From Antedon mediterranea (taxonomy: Eukaryota; Animalia; Echinodermata), in NCBI RefSeq assembly GCF_964355755.1, contig NC_092679.1, positions 4,432,201-4,496,200 on the forward strand: DNA of 64,000 bases, read 5' to 3'. Shown in pieces: positions 50,530 through 63,924 of the stretch. Below the pieces are notes generated by a model. It worked only from the letters and a program-made list of their open reading frames with translations. It did no database searches and was not told the DNA's origin. Position numbers and translations under genes: made by a program. Every line of letters starts with the position of its first letter. Position 1 is the stretch's first letter.

Positions 50530-50642
50530 GTTCCACTATACAGTAGGACGCAACACTAGGACGATCAACCGAAAGCGATGGATTATTCGAATTCGTTACG
50601 ATTTTACGTCCTTTCGTTGCGTCTTGGAGTGAACCAAGCTTT
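50530..50642. mobile_element. Degenerate MITE remnant (family shared with 37996-38113)
   Basis: TAGGACGCAACACTAGGACG ... CGTCCTTTCGTTGCGTCTT..GAACCAAGCTT. Confidence 0.5.
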
Positions 50643-50976
50643 ATTATCGACATTGGCATTGTCCAGAGTTTCCTTCTTCTTACCATAAATTTCGACAAAA
50701 ACATAAAATATCTTCTTCATCGTCCTCTTCCGTAGACGTCATCTAAACAGAACATTCGTCGTGGACGTCATCTAAACAAAACACTCGCCGTCCTTATACG
50801 TGACGTCATCTAAACATAATACCCGCATGTTCATACCGTTTATATAACATCTTCAATGTCTTTGTGTTTTATGCTTATCACCGTACACAGACTCAAACAA
50901 AGTTTAGTTTATAAGTTCTCACTCCACACAGATGGATTGGTTCGTTTCCTGTTGTCATGGTTTATAATGATTTGTG

Positions 50977-51254
50977 GGACTTGGAAACGAGTTATTGTTT
51001 AAAATGTGATGAATTGCCTTTTCCAACTTGTTTCCTGCTCCGAATGTGAGAACATTATTATGAGAGAAAAATAAAATAAAGAAACTAACTAACTATACGT
51101 AATAATATTATGAATATCTTGGACTTGGAAACGAGTTATTGTTTAAAATGTGATGAATTGCCTTTTCCAACTTGTTTCCTGCTCTGAATGCGAGAACATT
51201 ATTATGATAGAAAAATAAATAAACTAACTATACGTAATAATATTATGAATATCT
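50977..51254. repeat. Local tandem duplication, ~144-bp period
   Basis: GGACTTGGAAACGAGTTATTG... begins at 50977 and again at 51121; the copies are near-identical. Confidence 0.92.
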
Positions 51255-53021
51255 AAGTAAATATCTACAACAATAACATAATTAAACACAATTAATTTGG
51301 TTGGGGAAGACTTTTGATCAGTAAACTTGTGATACAGTATAACTATATGTAGACCCAAATTGGACGTCACTCAATAAAAATGTATGAGAGCCATGAAGTG
51401 ACAGGAAAAAAAAGGAGAACAAAATCTATATACAGTAAATCATTTATTAATATTATCCTACATGTTTTCATGTTGAACTCCTTTAGAGCACGTTTTAAGA
51501 GTAGTGATTTATAGTATGATTATACTTTCATCAAAATGCAACAATAATAATAATTGTTTTTATGTTCAAGGTGTCATTTGTTTTTCATATTAGAAATTAT
51601 CCCAATTGTAGAACTTATCAATAATAATATTATTTCATCTCAATTTCAAAATAATTGTGATGCTATTGTTGTAGCCAAACCAAAACATTGTTCAAATCTC
51701 ACAACTAAACGCCAATAGAAAATGTGATTATGAAAGAATAGGGTTAAATTGTTTTCATATAAGATTTCAGATTATATAATATTTATACCATAAATATAGA
51801 ATATGAAAGAAAAACAGTAACAAATACATATTTTGGAGGTAGAATGTTTTCAAACATGAATCTGTTTATCATATTAATATCTACTTTCCATTATATTTGT
51901 AAAACACTTTCTAAATAAATCAAAATATAATTTTTATTTTTTATTCAACTTTATACATTTTGTTTAATACAGTAGTATAATGCTATTAATAAAAGTGGTT
52001 ATTTTGGCACAGTTATTTATTTATTTATTCCGGTATATAAAAACATTACAAAAAGCAGAACAAGTCTGAAATTATTGTAGTACATATAATGAAAAGTTAC
52101 ATTACAGAAAAAAAATACAAAAAAATTTACAATATGCATAAAAAAATAAATGTTACTACCTCACTTTAGGCAAAAGTTGACAATACATAGGCATACACAC
52201 AGCATATGGCTCAATGGTCAAGAATATAGAAAACTGATCTATTTAGTAAGTTAATTTGGTGTAATTAAAATAAGAAAATGAGTTTAATTAAGGTCAAGGT
52301 ATACAAACAGGAGAATTGACAAACATGTGTGTTCTTGACCAAAAAAATGTTCACACATTTTACTCAAGTATTTTGTTAACTAAGCCTACCAGTCAACATT
52401 TGTGTTTCCTTGATACCTAAAGTTTTCTGCTTTTGAAGGTGGAAAGAGGAGAAGGTACTTAGCACACCCTGAAAGAATTCTTTTATTCCTGCCCCAACTA
52501 AGAAAAATTAAACAAAACAGCAACTAGGAACTTTGAATAATTTTCCTTTTAACCCGACATTGAATGTTGCTTTATTTTACATATAACATACACTAAATAG
52601 TATTGTACGTGTAAAAAGTAGTAACACACACTGGTACACATATTATTACCCCTCTCTGGTCAGCTTCATAAAGTCATTTTTTTCCACAGGATTTTTTTTT
52701 TAATGTTCTGTACATGCATGTTTGTGATTTATCATTGTAAGTTATGGACATACAATTACATGTAAATATTCTGTGACCATAAATTAAATTTTGAATCTTA
52801 GTAATGTTAGGGAAATTTTTTAAGTACCTATACTTGCATGAAGAAGGAGGATTAGGTGGGCTTAGACAAGTCGTAATCTTTTGCAGTAAAGTGTCTATTG
52901 TCTCAGAATCAAGTAGAGAGGAAAGTAGGGAGGAACGACACTTTCATTGTGTTTATGTAAAAATGAAACTGAAAGAATCTTTCTGATTGTCATGGAGTCT
53001 CCAGCATATTATCTAGGAGTC

Positions 53022-53815
53022 AAAATACGGTATAAAAATACGGTATAAAATACGGTATTTTTTATACCGTATTTTTTAGTACCCCGTTTCTGCTAACAAT
53101 ACTTCTTGGGTGGTCGTGTTAAATTTCATCTTTTTTACCCAAATTGCCATTCATTTATTTGATCGATAATTAAAAGTCGCAATAAAGAAAATTTTACGTC
53201 TCACTTTCAACAGCCTAGCCCTAGTGATAGAGATGTTGTGAGAGCACAGAAAACATCGTAATGGGGACAATTAATTTGTTCCCTCCCCGAGTTATTGTAT
53301 TTTACAATGTCGTACTGCTTTCGCAGGCTCTTCAGCTTTGAGTTTACTTGCTTTGACTTTGTCTGTGAGACAAGTCTATTCCATACTCCTGCTTTATTTT
53401 TTTAGAAATGTCTTTATAAATGTGGTTGTCCCTTTTATTACCTTTTAGTTGGCCAGACATTTTAGCTTCCCCACACACATTTATTTAGTAAAACTGTGAC
53501 GTCTTCACTCCACATTTTCGCCAAATATATCTATACACGTGTGTAAAGCAGCTGACAGCGACAGAAAATAAAAACATGAATGTAAAAAAAAAATACGGTA
53601 TTTTTTATTGGCAGCAGAAACGGGTACAAAAAATACGGTATAAATTTGTAAATACCGTATTTTATCCACAAATTTTGTGGGGAAAATAGGTATACAAAAT
53701 ACGGTATATTTTTTATGAGCGCAGTTTCTGCTGCCAAAAATATACCGTATATATACGGTATTAAAAAAATACCGTATAATAATATACGGTATTTAGTTGG
53801 CAGCAGAAACAGGGC
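53022..53815. mobile_element. Non-autonomous DNA element with AATACGGTAT/ATACCGTATT subterminal arrays, inserted in a minisatellite
   Basis: Flanked by the 9-bp direct repeat CTAGGAGTC (53013-53021, 53816-53824). Contains repeated GTTTCTGC/GCAGAAAC inverted motifs. Confidence 0.7.
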
Positions 53816-54351
53816 CTAGGAGTCTGTAGTATTGTCTTAGAGTCTGTAGTATTGTCCTGGAATACCCAGTAATGTCCTGGAATATCCAGTTGTCTTGGAG
53901 TCTCAAGTATTGTCCTGGAGTCTCAAGTATTGTCCTGGAGTCTCAAGTATTGTCCTAGAGTCTCCAGTTACTATTGTCCTGGAGTCTCAAGTATTGTCCT
54001 GGAATATCCAGTATTGTCCTGGAGTCTCCAGTAATGTCCTGGAATATCCAGCATTGTCTTGGAGTTTCCAGTATTTTCATGGAGTGTCCAGTATTGTCCT
54101 GGAACATCCAGTGTTGCCTTGAAGTCTCCAGTGTTGTTCTGGAGTCTCCAGTATTGATCTGAAATATCCAGTATTATCCCGGAGTATGCAGTATTGTCCT
54201 GGAGTCTCCAGTATTGTCCTGGAATATTCAGTATTGTCCTGGAATCTCCAGTATTGACCTGAAATATCCAGTATTGGCCTGGAGTCTCCAGTATTGTTCC
54301 GGAGTCTTCAGTTGTCCCGGAATTTTACAGTATTGTCCTGGAGTCTCCAGA
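53816..54351. repeat. 20-bp minisatellite GTATTGTCCTGGA(GTC/ATA)TCCA
   Basis: More than 20 units visible. About two related units also lie left of the insertion at ~52986-53021. Confidence 0.92.
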
Positions 54352-57061
54352 ATTTTCATTAGTTTTTCTGCCGATAACAAAAACAATCATCATCTGTAAA
54401 AGCTGGAAAATGCACTATTTTTATATTATACTATAGATTGTACATAAAATAAATAAAAAAATGTATATCTTAATGATGTAGACATTTTATTTTATAAAAA
54501 TAGACTTTCATTTTTTTGTATCTTGAGAAATCATAACTAATGATCATATATCATTTTACCAGCAGTAAACCCAGCATCATTTTAACATTTTTACTTTTGA
54601 GCCGGATTGAAGTCACGTCAAGCAACAGGTGTAGGGAAGTTGAAACACTTTTAAATGCCAATTGGAATTCCAACCCCTAAAGCAACGAACCAATAAGAAG
54701 CAAGAACAGTTGGTTGTCTCAACATAATTTGCAATGGACTTCAAAGTTGGGTGATATACTGCTGGCTAGGGGTTCCACTAAACCAAAAACAACCAAGTTT
54801 TAAAAATAGCTGCTGCTGATAGCAAATCACTGATAACCTTATTCACATTCAGGGCTTTATTGTTATTTTTTTATCACATATAATCGTTATCTTTTCTGCT
54901 AGCTTTACCCCATGAGGTGAGGGACAAAGATAAAATGCAAGAGATAATATACAAGTATAAAGATATATTTATTAAATTTGTACATGTTTAAATCACTTGG
55001 AATGAATGTTCTTTTGTTATGGCAATGGTTTCATTGATAACATAATTCTATAATTTCTTGAAATAAAACATATTTTACAAATTTTGTTGGCAAACACAGC
55101 ACAATCTTGTACTATATTGATACGGCAGTATTTCTATATACAGTATAGTGTATAACAGGGTTAATCTACAGTACCTGTTCTACTATACTCTTTCTAAATT
55201 TATGTCAGAATCAATTTGTTTTTATTTTCTTTTTTTTTGTGGTCTACCCTTTAATGAGTATGTGTCAAGTTTTACATGAAACTAACCAAAATATAAACCA
55301 CATGGGATAGACATGAGCGAGGTATGCACAACTCACAAGATACTGTTACATGTATGTTCTACCAGAAGGATCAATGAATTGTTTTGCACCAATCAGTTGA
55401 GCATCCAGCTAAGCGGAGACCGCAAGCCCTGCAGGATTTCACACAAACCCTAGAATTCAAGCCAAATGTGTGCCATGTCCCTAATCACATTTCAATGATA
55501 AAATATTCAGGTTATGTGTCACACGTGAGAGTTTTTGACGAATATTAGTCTTTTTTTTTTCCGTGTTCGATTAGTAATTTCAGGAAATGTATCCCAAGTT
55601 ATTTTCAATGTTTGATGGTTCAACTGGCAGATGGGTGAAATAGCCCTAAGATATTACCGTCAATGACCTGGCGACCTGGAACCAATGAAGCACAACTAAA
55701 TGATAATTTCTTCATGATAAAAGCAACATAATTTTGATAATAAGAAATATCAAAGACTTCCTTTTTAGGTGTTAACATTCACTCTAAAAGCAAACATACA
55801 GTGAAAGTATGTATTGTTTAGTCTCATACCTTACTATTCATTTTCAACAAAAATGACTCGATTTTGACTAAAGGTGGGCTTATATATACCCTACCAGAGA
55901 TATTTCTTTTCTCCGTGGCATGTCACAATTAAAACTTCGGTTTTTAGTTGTAGAAGTACCAAACTTGGAGAGAGAATAATGACGCTTTATTCCTACAAAA
56001 TAAAAGACAGAAAATCGCATCAATTAAACATTACATTCTCCACATACGAATACGGGGAGCTAACGAGCACGTATTTATATTTAGACAGCTAATGTGTCTA
56101 CAGTACAGAAAAATACTCTTCACTCAACAGGTCTGGAAGGGCTAATTAACATTTGAATAGGTCTTGAGAGAAAATTTGGATCAAACTTAAAATAGTGTCT
56201 GTCTTCCCCCGCAAATTTAACATCATTATGAATTCTAAATAACTATTTAAACTCGACTAATTGCAGTTGAAAATCCATAATTAAAACAAACTATTATAAT
56301 CTACTGAAACAGACAAAAAGTAGAAAAATAAATGAATGATCACTTTAGATTGGTATCAAGGAAATAATACAGCCTAGAAAACATTTTTATTTCAGTCGCT
56401 TTTAATAACCAGATAATTTTTATCCTGCCTTTGCAATTACTGTCAACATTATAATAAAGTGTTGTGGGGTCGCCTTTTGACCTCTTGGCTAATCGCCAAA
56501 TCATAGTCACATGACATTCTCCAATGATTTATGATTCCCTTGAACAAATGTAAAACGGAAACGCCTGTTGCATGAGCTGCGAACAACTGTAGTAGTATAG
56601 AGAGACGGTAGTTAAAACCAGAACTAGTCAGAAAAACACACATTGTTGAGTTTCAAGAGAGGAAGATCGATTTTATTTCAAATTTATAAAAGTTCCAACT
56701 AGATAAATGTAAATAAAATAAACAATACATTTTTTAGTGACTTTATATTTAAAAAAAGCATGTAGTACCTCCCATATCTGACATGGTGAGACGTACACCC
56801 ATCCATGGTGAAGTGGCTGAATGTGAGTACGATAATGGTATAGTTACAATGTGTCATATTCTTACGACTTCTCATCTCGGGCTCAAACAAGGTGGACTTT
56901 GTTAGTGCATGTCACGTGTCATATACTTTAACAGACTTCGAAAGATCGAGACGTGCATAGCCAAAACTATGCCTCTAGACATGAATTGTTAATGTTCGAC
57001 TACAGCGGTTTTCCAAATATTACCACATTTTCAATTCTCAATGTTTTGGTGGAGAGTTGAT

Positions 57062-57390
57062 TTACCGATGGAGGTCGTCCGAACGTGTTGAAGATCTGTT
57101 GGACGACGACTGTCGATAACATCCACTCGGTCGGACGGGAGAGGGCATCGGCAATCGTGTTGAAATGGGAATGGGAATTGCTTTCCTTTTAGGTGAATCC
57201 CCTGCTGGTGGCACCAGTTCAGGAGCTGCCATGTGTAACAACACAGGGTTGGGGAGTGCGTCCCGCCCTGACGGTTGATGTAAGATACCACCGTGGCGCT
57301 GTCGGACAGCACCAAAACAGCCTCCCCGTGACACAAGTGGAGCAGGCTGTGTAGAGTATTTGAGACTGCCAGAAGTTCTAGGACCTCCAT
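57062..57390 (-). pseudogene. DIRS1-type tyrosine-recombinase retrotransposon fragment (RNase H-like domain and downstream conserved block), frameshifted
   Basis: LELLAV...VLVLSDSATVVSYINRQGGTHS..L...WQLLNWC. After frameshifts it continues NTIADALSRPTEWML...QQIFNTFGRP, matching DIRS pol motifs. Confidence 0.85.
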
Positions 57391-58031
57391 GATTTACCAA
57401 AATTTACCTATAAAAAGGTCCTTTGATTTAAAAAATCACAATTTGATCAAAATTATCAATATAATTATTATCCTTCAAATCTCATTTTGGATAGAATCCT
57501 TATTACCGACAATTAAATTATTTGTCCAAATCCATTCTTAATATTATTTGATTGAAATATCATATTTTTCAGATACAAAAAACTGTGGTAGACTTTGTTT
57601 CCTAGCAACGTATCTCAAGTACAGATACTATCCTGAAGACACAGATGTTAAGAATCATTGGTCTAATCGACCAATAATCTTGTTAGCTGGTTTCGAAGCC
57701 TACGATTGACCTTTTGACATGTGTATCAGAATAACCACCTGTTAAATAAGTCTAATCATTGTAGGGGGTAAAGTCTTGGTGGTTTACAAAAGAACATTAA
57801 TTCATTTTAGTGTTTGGTAGTTTAACAGAGAGTAGGCCACTATGTAAAATGTTCTTTCCTTGTCATATTGTATGGTTTGCAGTAACTAGATTACAGATTG
57901 TGTGTGAATAAATCACATTCATTTTCTTGGCAGGAAAAAGAAAAGACAATATTAAATAAGCTGCGTTCCAAAATCGTAAAAACTTTGATCTATCGATTGT
58001 TTGAATGCAATGTATTCATAATATGAAAATA

Positions 58032-58257
58032 CAGTACAACTCTTATTAAAGGGACACTTTCGGGACCTGACAAACTGGCAGCCCTCTAGGGGTTGGTCGT
58101 AGTGTCAAAACATATGTTGCCTTTGTTCTTTTCATGGTAAGTGTCCCTTCAATATATTTTGGTTTTCCCTCCATTTTTGCTTTATTTTAACCATTTATCT
58201 CATCAAATCATCATTGAATCCCTTGAATAAGGGTGTCGCAAAGGAAGAGTTCTACTG
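58032..58257. mobile_element. Tc1/pogo-type MITE
   Basis: TA|CAGTACAACTCTT ... AAGAGTTCTACTG TIRs; internal AAGGGACAC/GTGTCCCTT motifs; same style as 26070-26177. Confidence 0.7.
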
Positions 58258-58769
58258 TCCTAAAAGGTCATGTATTATTAACCTATTTTATCCAAGAAGA
58301 ATATGAGAATAATTCTGTGGTGGTAACCAAGGACTAACTGAAAGACCTGGGATAATAATTAGCAATAAATGTTAACCCACAAACTAGGCTGGGCCTACAT
58401 ATAACAAAACTTCATGGAATTTTGTTAATGTTTATTACACATTTATGACATAATTATTTACATATTATTAAATGATACTCTCATTAATAAAACCACAAGC
58501 TTTTTTTTTTGTTGACCTTGCTAATATTTATTGCTTGAAAATACTGCATGGAATTTTTGATTGCTTTTCTGGGTTGAAGTGGCCAGGGTATCTAATAATA
58601 TATATACTCTTTTTATTGAAAAGATTTGATTTCTAATCAAGTTTACCATTTTAACTTGCCCTAGACCCAATTTATATTATATCTCGGTTTTACTTGTTGA
58701 ATTTGGAAAAAAAAAAGAAGATATTTTTTAGGCCTACAGTTGCAAAAAGTGGTAAAGATCTTGTAATTA

Positions 58770-58841
58770 CTTTTTGAGTAATCCTGCTAACAAACAAACA
58801 AACAAAACTATCGACTACATATACCTTCTTGGCGGAGGTAA
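58770..58841. mobile_element. Terminal remnant of a Crypton-like non-autonomous element
   Basis: TTTTGAGTAATCCTGCTAAC(AAAC)n...ACCTTCTTGGCGGAGGTAA resembles the TTACCTCCGCCAAG terminus. Recognised from memory, not by search. Confidence 0.45.
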
Positions 58842-61800
58842 ATTATTTTCTAGTCAAAGTTGGAAGAAACTTATTCTAGGGCAATGGCCGGACTTCTGGA
58901 GTTACAAAAAATTCTTCCAACAAATCATGACATTTTTTTACATGAATGGGGGAATGCCCCTCACCGTCACTTTCTCAAACCTGTACCTTCACATATTGGC
59001 TGCTAGTACTGTAGTGATATTGACTGGCTTATTCAAATGTCAACACACTGTCATGTTTATATTTTGGTTAGTAGAATTGCTTCACTTTCTCTACACTTAA
59101 AATAGAATAATCTTGGTAAAAATCACAGTTTCACTTCCATTTCGTAGTTTAAGGTCAAAGATGTCACTCATGTTCGTTCCGCTTTAGTTTTATGAATTTT
59201 TACATCCTAGTACAGATTGTAGTAAACATGGTTTGGACACTTTTCCCAATTAATTTTAATTAAAAAGAGGATTAAATAATTGAACAGTTCACTAATGAAA
59301 ATAAAAAAGTGGGACAGCAGTACTGTGTTATTATGCATATTATCTACTGAAAAGTTTTATTTATTAAAAATACATATTGGTGGTTACTTTAGAATATCCA
59401 ACCATGAAGGAATTAGTTTATGAACCAATCAACAAACATCTTCAGAGAGTGTGTACAATTGATTACATATATTGAAGCTTTACTGAAGTATGAGTATCAC
59501 CTCCCAACAAAAAATATGTTTAGGACTTTTCCAAAAAGAAATGCGAGATTTACTAAAGATTTTTCGAATATTAAACGGACGATAAAAAGGTTGTAAAATT
59601 GTAATTAAAAATTATAAATATTCAGATACAAATAACTTGGCAACACAATTTAACGAAAAGGTCAACAGCAGGCAACTACAGAATAGAGTAATGAAACTAG
59701 CTTCCCTGGAGAATAATCACCGAGGGCGTAGTTCAAGATTAAAAACTTCCGAGAAGTTAATTAAAGAAGGCCTTAACTTCAGTTTTATTCATGTCCCATG
59801 AGATAAGAAAAAGGAAAAACCTGTTTGGTAACGATTAACTATATTGGCAAAAGTAAAATAATTAATAATGAAAACGATATTAATATCAGCTTAATGTACA
59901 ATACAACTTTACAGTTCAATTAGATTTACTTTAATTAGCATACTCAATCACTTTCTACAAGTCAGTAGCCACGAATTTTACAGAGAGGTTCGATTTTCCA
60001 CAAATAAGAAAAAATCTTCATGAGATGTAAGTTAGCTAGACCTTCAGAAAAAGTTTTGTTGAGAAAACTCTCTCCCTTGGCTACAGGTTTGCTTTATAAG
60101 AATGTTAGTATGGGTTCAGAATAGGTTTTCCAACCACCATACTATCGCTATATCTTCAGCCAATCAATTGGCAATAAGTGTGACAACAACTTTTTATAGT
60201 AGAAAACTTTTAACTAACTTTATCGCTATTAGATCTAATGGCCTGCTTAAATCCACCATTTCTAGAAAAACTCTAGCAAATATCAACTGCACAACATAGA
60301 GGTATTAGATAGATTGCAAAACAAGTATGTTAGAGTGATCAAGTTGAACAATAGGAACACGCTTCTGAATACCGGAAGGTGTTCTTCAGTCAGGAAGAGA
60401 TAATACTCTCAAAGTAAAGCAGAACTCTCTCTTTGCTATATTACCTTATGTAGAGAGTTCGTTCACTTTTATCTTAGTAACAACATTTAGTAACGTTTTT
60501 TATATAAAATTTATTCATATTCAAATTCTCAGAAACAAAATAATTAAAATAAAAAATATAAGATAATCAATAATAAAAAGTAGTGACAATGGGAGGTAGC
60601 CAAATACAATAGACCTACAACTAACGCTTGAACTGCTCATGCTCTGCAGCCCCTGGGGTTAGCAAAAAAAAGACATAGACATTTAATACGCCACTGGCCT
60701 TTCGTCAAAGCATGAACAAAATGAAAAAGATTTGCCCTTGTTTGAAAGTATTACATGATTCTCTTTAAAGGTAAAGATGTGTTCGCATAATATTAAGTTA
60801 AATTGAAGGATGCAGTTTAACGTAATAGGTCTAATATTACAGTATCCATTTCAATAAACTGCTCAAGGCTTAAAATCACAACAGTGTATAAAAACAAGTC
60901 ACTTATGCAGCTTAAGAACACCAATAACTATCATAAAAATCATATTTATATAGTATCCACTATCAAGTTGAAAGCCAGGAGGGTTAAATGGGTTCAACTG
61001 AACTCATTTGGAGCTTTAAAGAAACTTAAGAACAACTAACACCACTTCCAAATAACATTAATGTTAAGAACAGTAAAATATTACAATGCTGTCTAAAATA
61101 GTGCTATCGATTTTTCTGTTTTTTTCTTGGCATATTAGAAAGAAAAGGAAGGAAAAACTGAAGCAAATATATTAATATTCTGTCTACTTGAAGCCTTATG
61201 TATTTAAAAGTTTAATTATTACATAACTAACACTATAGGTGGTTCGAAATATTCCATGAAAAATAATTATTATTAATTAATGTCCACATGTTTATCTGTT
61301 ACTTAAAAAAAAAATTGTAATATTTTTCCTGTATAGGTTTGTAAACTATTTTGTAAATCTCCAAATAATTTCAATTCTTTTATTATTCAATTTATATTTG
61401 TTTTTTTAACGCAAACACTTTTTACACTTAACCATGCTTCATTTGATGTCTGTACACTTGACAAAACTGTTCCTAGTTTTATAATCCTAAAAGGACCTTA
61501 TCAAATGAAATCGGCTGAAGACTAGCCAAGTGAAACTATAGTAAAGTTCTACTCAGGTATAAAGTTGCCTAGGAAACAATTATATTTTGCCCTAAGGGAC
61601 AGAATTAGCAAAAGGTCAATGCCCATTTTTGTCAGATTTTAACACCAGACCGATTTACAATATTACATTTATTTTCCTTTGAATTTAATAGTACTATTAC
61701 TGTATAAAATTTGGATTTACCTAGAAGATATGAGATAACTAAAAAGGTTGAAAATAATAAATACATAATCAAAAAAATGGTCATCACTTCTAATAATAGA

Positions 61801-61863
61801 ACTTTAGCTGAATAATTTGAATAACTAAGTTTTGAATTAGAATTGAAAATAAGATTCCATCAC

Positions 61864-62041
61864 ATCATGCCAAACTCATTCCACTGCAGTTACTGCAGTA
61901 ACTTCAATTTGTTTACTCTTTAAACCGGTTTAATGCAATTATTTACCAAGCTAGGTACTACAACAACTGAAATTATAATGTTATAGTACTAAGTTTAAAC
62001 TGCAGTAACTGCAGAAGTGCAGTAGATAATTTTGATATGAT
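61864..62041. mobile_element. Palindromic MITE remnant
   Basis: Perfect 16-bp inverted pair CTGCAGTTACTGCAGT (61884-61899) / ACTGCAGTAACTGCAG (61999-62014), plus imperfect outer arms. Confidence 0.55.
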
Positions 62042-63856
62042 TTCTCTAAAAACCCATATCTAGAACTAGCAAATTTTACATTTTCTTTTAATATTCCAAC
62101 ATAGAATTTGATAATACAGTATCTTTAATATTTTAAAAACATATACATTATATAGTGCACATAAAAAGATAGTCAGCGAAACTTGATATTATTAATAGGA
62201 TTGTTTGCAATACTTTCTATGCAATAAGCAACTAGTTATAAGTACTGTAAATTCTAAATTTGTATATTGTAAGATTCCATCTCACAAAATCTGTACAATT
62301 AAATAGCTATAAAGCAAATATTGTATTAGCCTATTCAACTACTGTACATAACAAATTTTATAAAAAAAAAAGGCTTCAAATAATACAAAAGTAAAATCAA
62401 GGTGTTGGCTTTTGTTTGTAATTCTTTAGTGAGTAACTCATGTGATGTATTATTTATTTTAGAGTCTGAATTTAATTTTGGTCCATTAATCCAATTGTGT
62501 ATACCTCAGTGACAATCATAACAATAATGATTCATTAGGAATGATTTTTTTAAACCACCTATTCTTTGCATATAATAAAAATTCAAAGGAGATATCAGTC
62601 AGTCTAATCGGCCAACAAAAATAACAATTTGGGGGCGTATGACACAGATTGTTATTATTTAAAACTAACTTCAAACCTAATAACGAAATCATTAAACTCA
62701 TTCTTCAACTTTAATAATTACTACAGACTGAGATATTCACCCGAAATACGGCTGTAGAGAAAATGAGAAAAATACTACTACAGTATGGAAGCAAAAATTG
62801 ATTCTGCTTAAATTTATTTGTGGAAATCAAAAACATAAAAAAAAAATCCCTACTTCAAAGCATCCATGACTATATACCGTGCAGAATATAAATAGTTAGC
62901 AATTTTTCATTTTCATATCAAGTCACTGAACTGTTGTCGAGAAAAAAGTCATTTAGCACATGCTGAGATATGCAGAATGACAAACTGAAACTATACTGAG
63001 ATTTTTATTATACTATTCAAATTTGTATGTACACATATAGTTTCAGAATGTAACTACAGATGATTTCAATTCCAAAATGTTGAAACGCTTCCAAATTCTC
63101 ATATCTTCAGATATTATCAAATTTAACCTTTATTTTTTCCTTCTCTGGTTTTTGAAGAGAGAAAAACAAACTATACTTTATTGTTTTCATAATTTGAAGC
63201 TCAATAGCTAGGCCCCTAAGGTATTCAGTAGGATATGTAAATCATGCAAGGCATATGAACCAAGTCATCACCCTAGCAATGCACATCATAAATCATATGA
63301 ATTCAAAAACAAATACAATGTAGTTTATAACAGAGCTAATGTGAACTTGTAAAAATGCGCTAAAAACAACACAAGTGAAAAACATTTTTAGTTTGTGTTG
63401 ATAGATAGAGCAGGAAACTATTGATTGTACTGTTAATGTGCAGATTGAAAAGAACAGAAGTGTTATTTATAGATGTTCTAATGGAAAGACCATAATTGTG
63501 AAAAGAAAAAAATTCATTTTGGTTTCAGTGTACTTAATATCAGTAATTTTAGGTGAATTCATTGGTTTACTTATACAGACTGTAAATTGTTTTGTAATTA
63601 CTGAACACAATTCTACATACAAAAAGAACAAAATAACAAACAAACTTGTTAAAAAGTTCTTGAATTATGAAAATGGAGGACTGGTTAACCACTGTAAAGG
63701 GGAAGGAGAATCTTGACTGTTTAAGAAAACAAAAAAGTTCTAGAAAGAGGAAGCTGCCATCTCTTTATACACATTCAACAGAGAGAAACACCATACAGGA
63801 CAGATACATTTGAGGCTAAGGAAGTTGAATAAAAAGAGCTGTGTGCTATCATACAC

Positions 63857-63924
63857 TAGGTCAGGATTGAACCCTGAACTGTGGGATTAGAAGGCAAGAA
63901 TGTTAACCACCAAGCTACAGTTCC
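63857..63924 (-). mobile_element. tRNA-derived SINE head (degenerate)
   Basis: Minus strand GGAACTGTAGCTTGGTGGTTAA (A box) ... GGGTTCAATCCTG (B box) at tRNA-like spacing; no convincing cloverleaf. Confidence 0.5.

Noticed and set aside
53895-54399. VLSWSLKYCPG-type ORFs
   Set aside because: Products of the 20-bp minisatellite.
54590-56900. Candidate exons of a neighbouring gene
   Set aside because: Short open frames on both strands lack recognisable domains or a consistent splice chain.
60102-60135. MLVWVQNRF resembling homeodomain helix 3 (VWFQNRR)
   Set aside because: The invariant Phe and the basic tail are missing, and no helix 1-2 sequence or clear acceptor lies upstream; probably chance.
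59400-60460. Possible NUMT or decayed coding sequence
   Set aside because: I could not recognise rRNA, mitochondrial or TE protein motifs in the frames I read; BLASTX would be needed.
63857-63924. Functional tRNA gene
   Set aside because: A and B boxes are present but stems are poorly paired; better explained as a SINE head.
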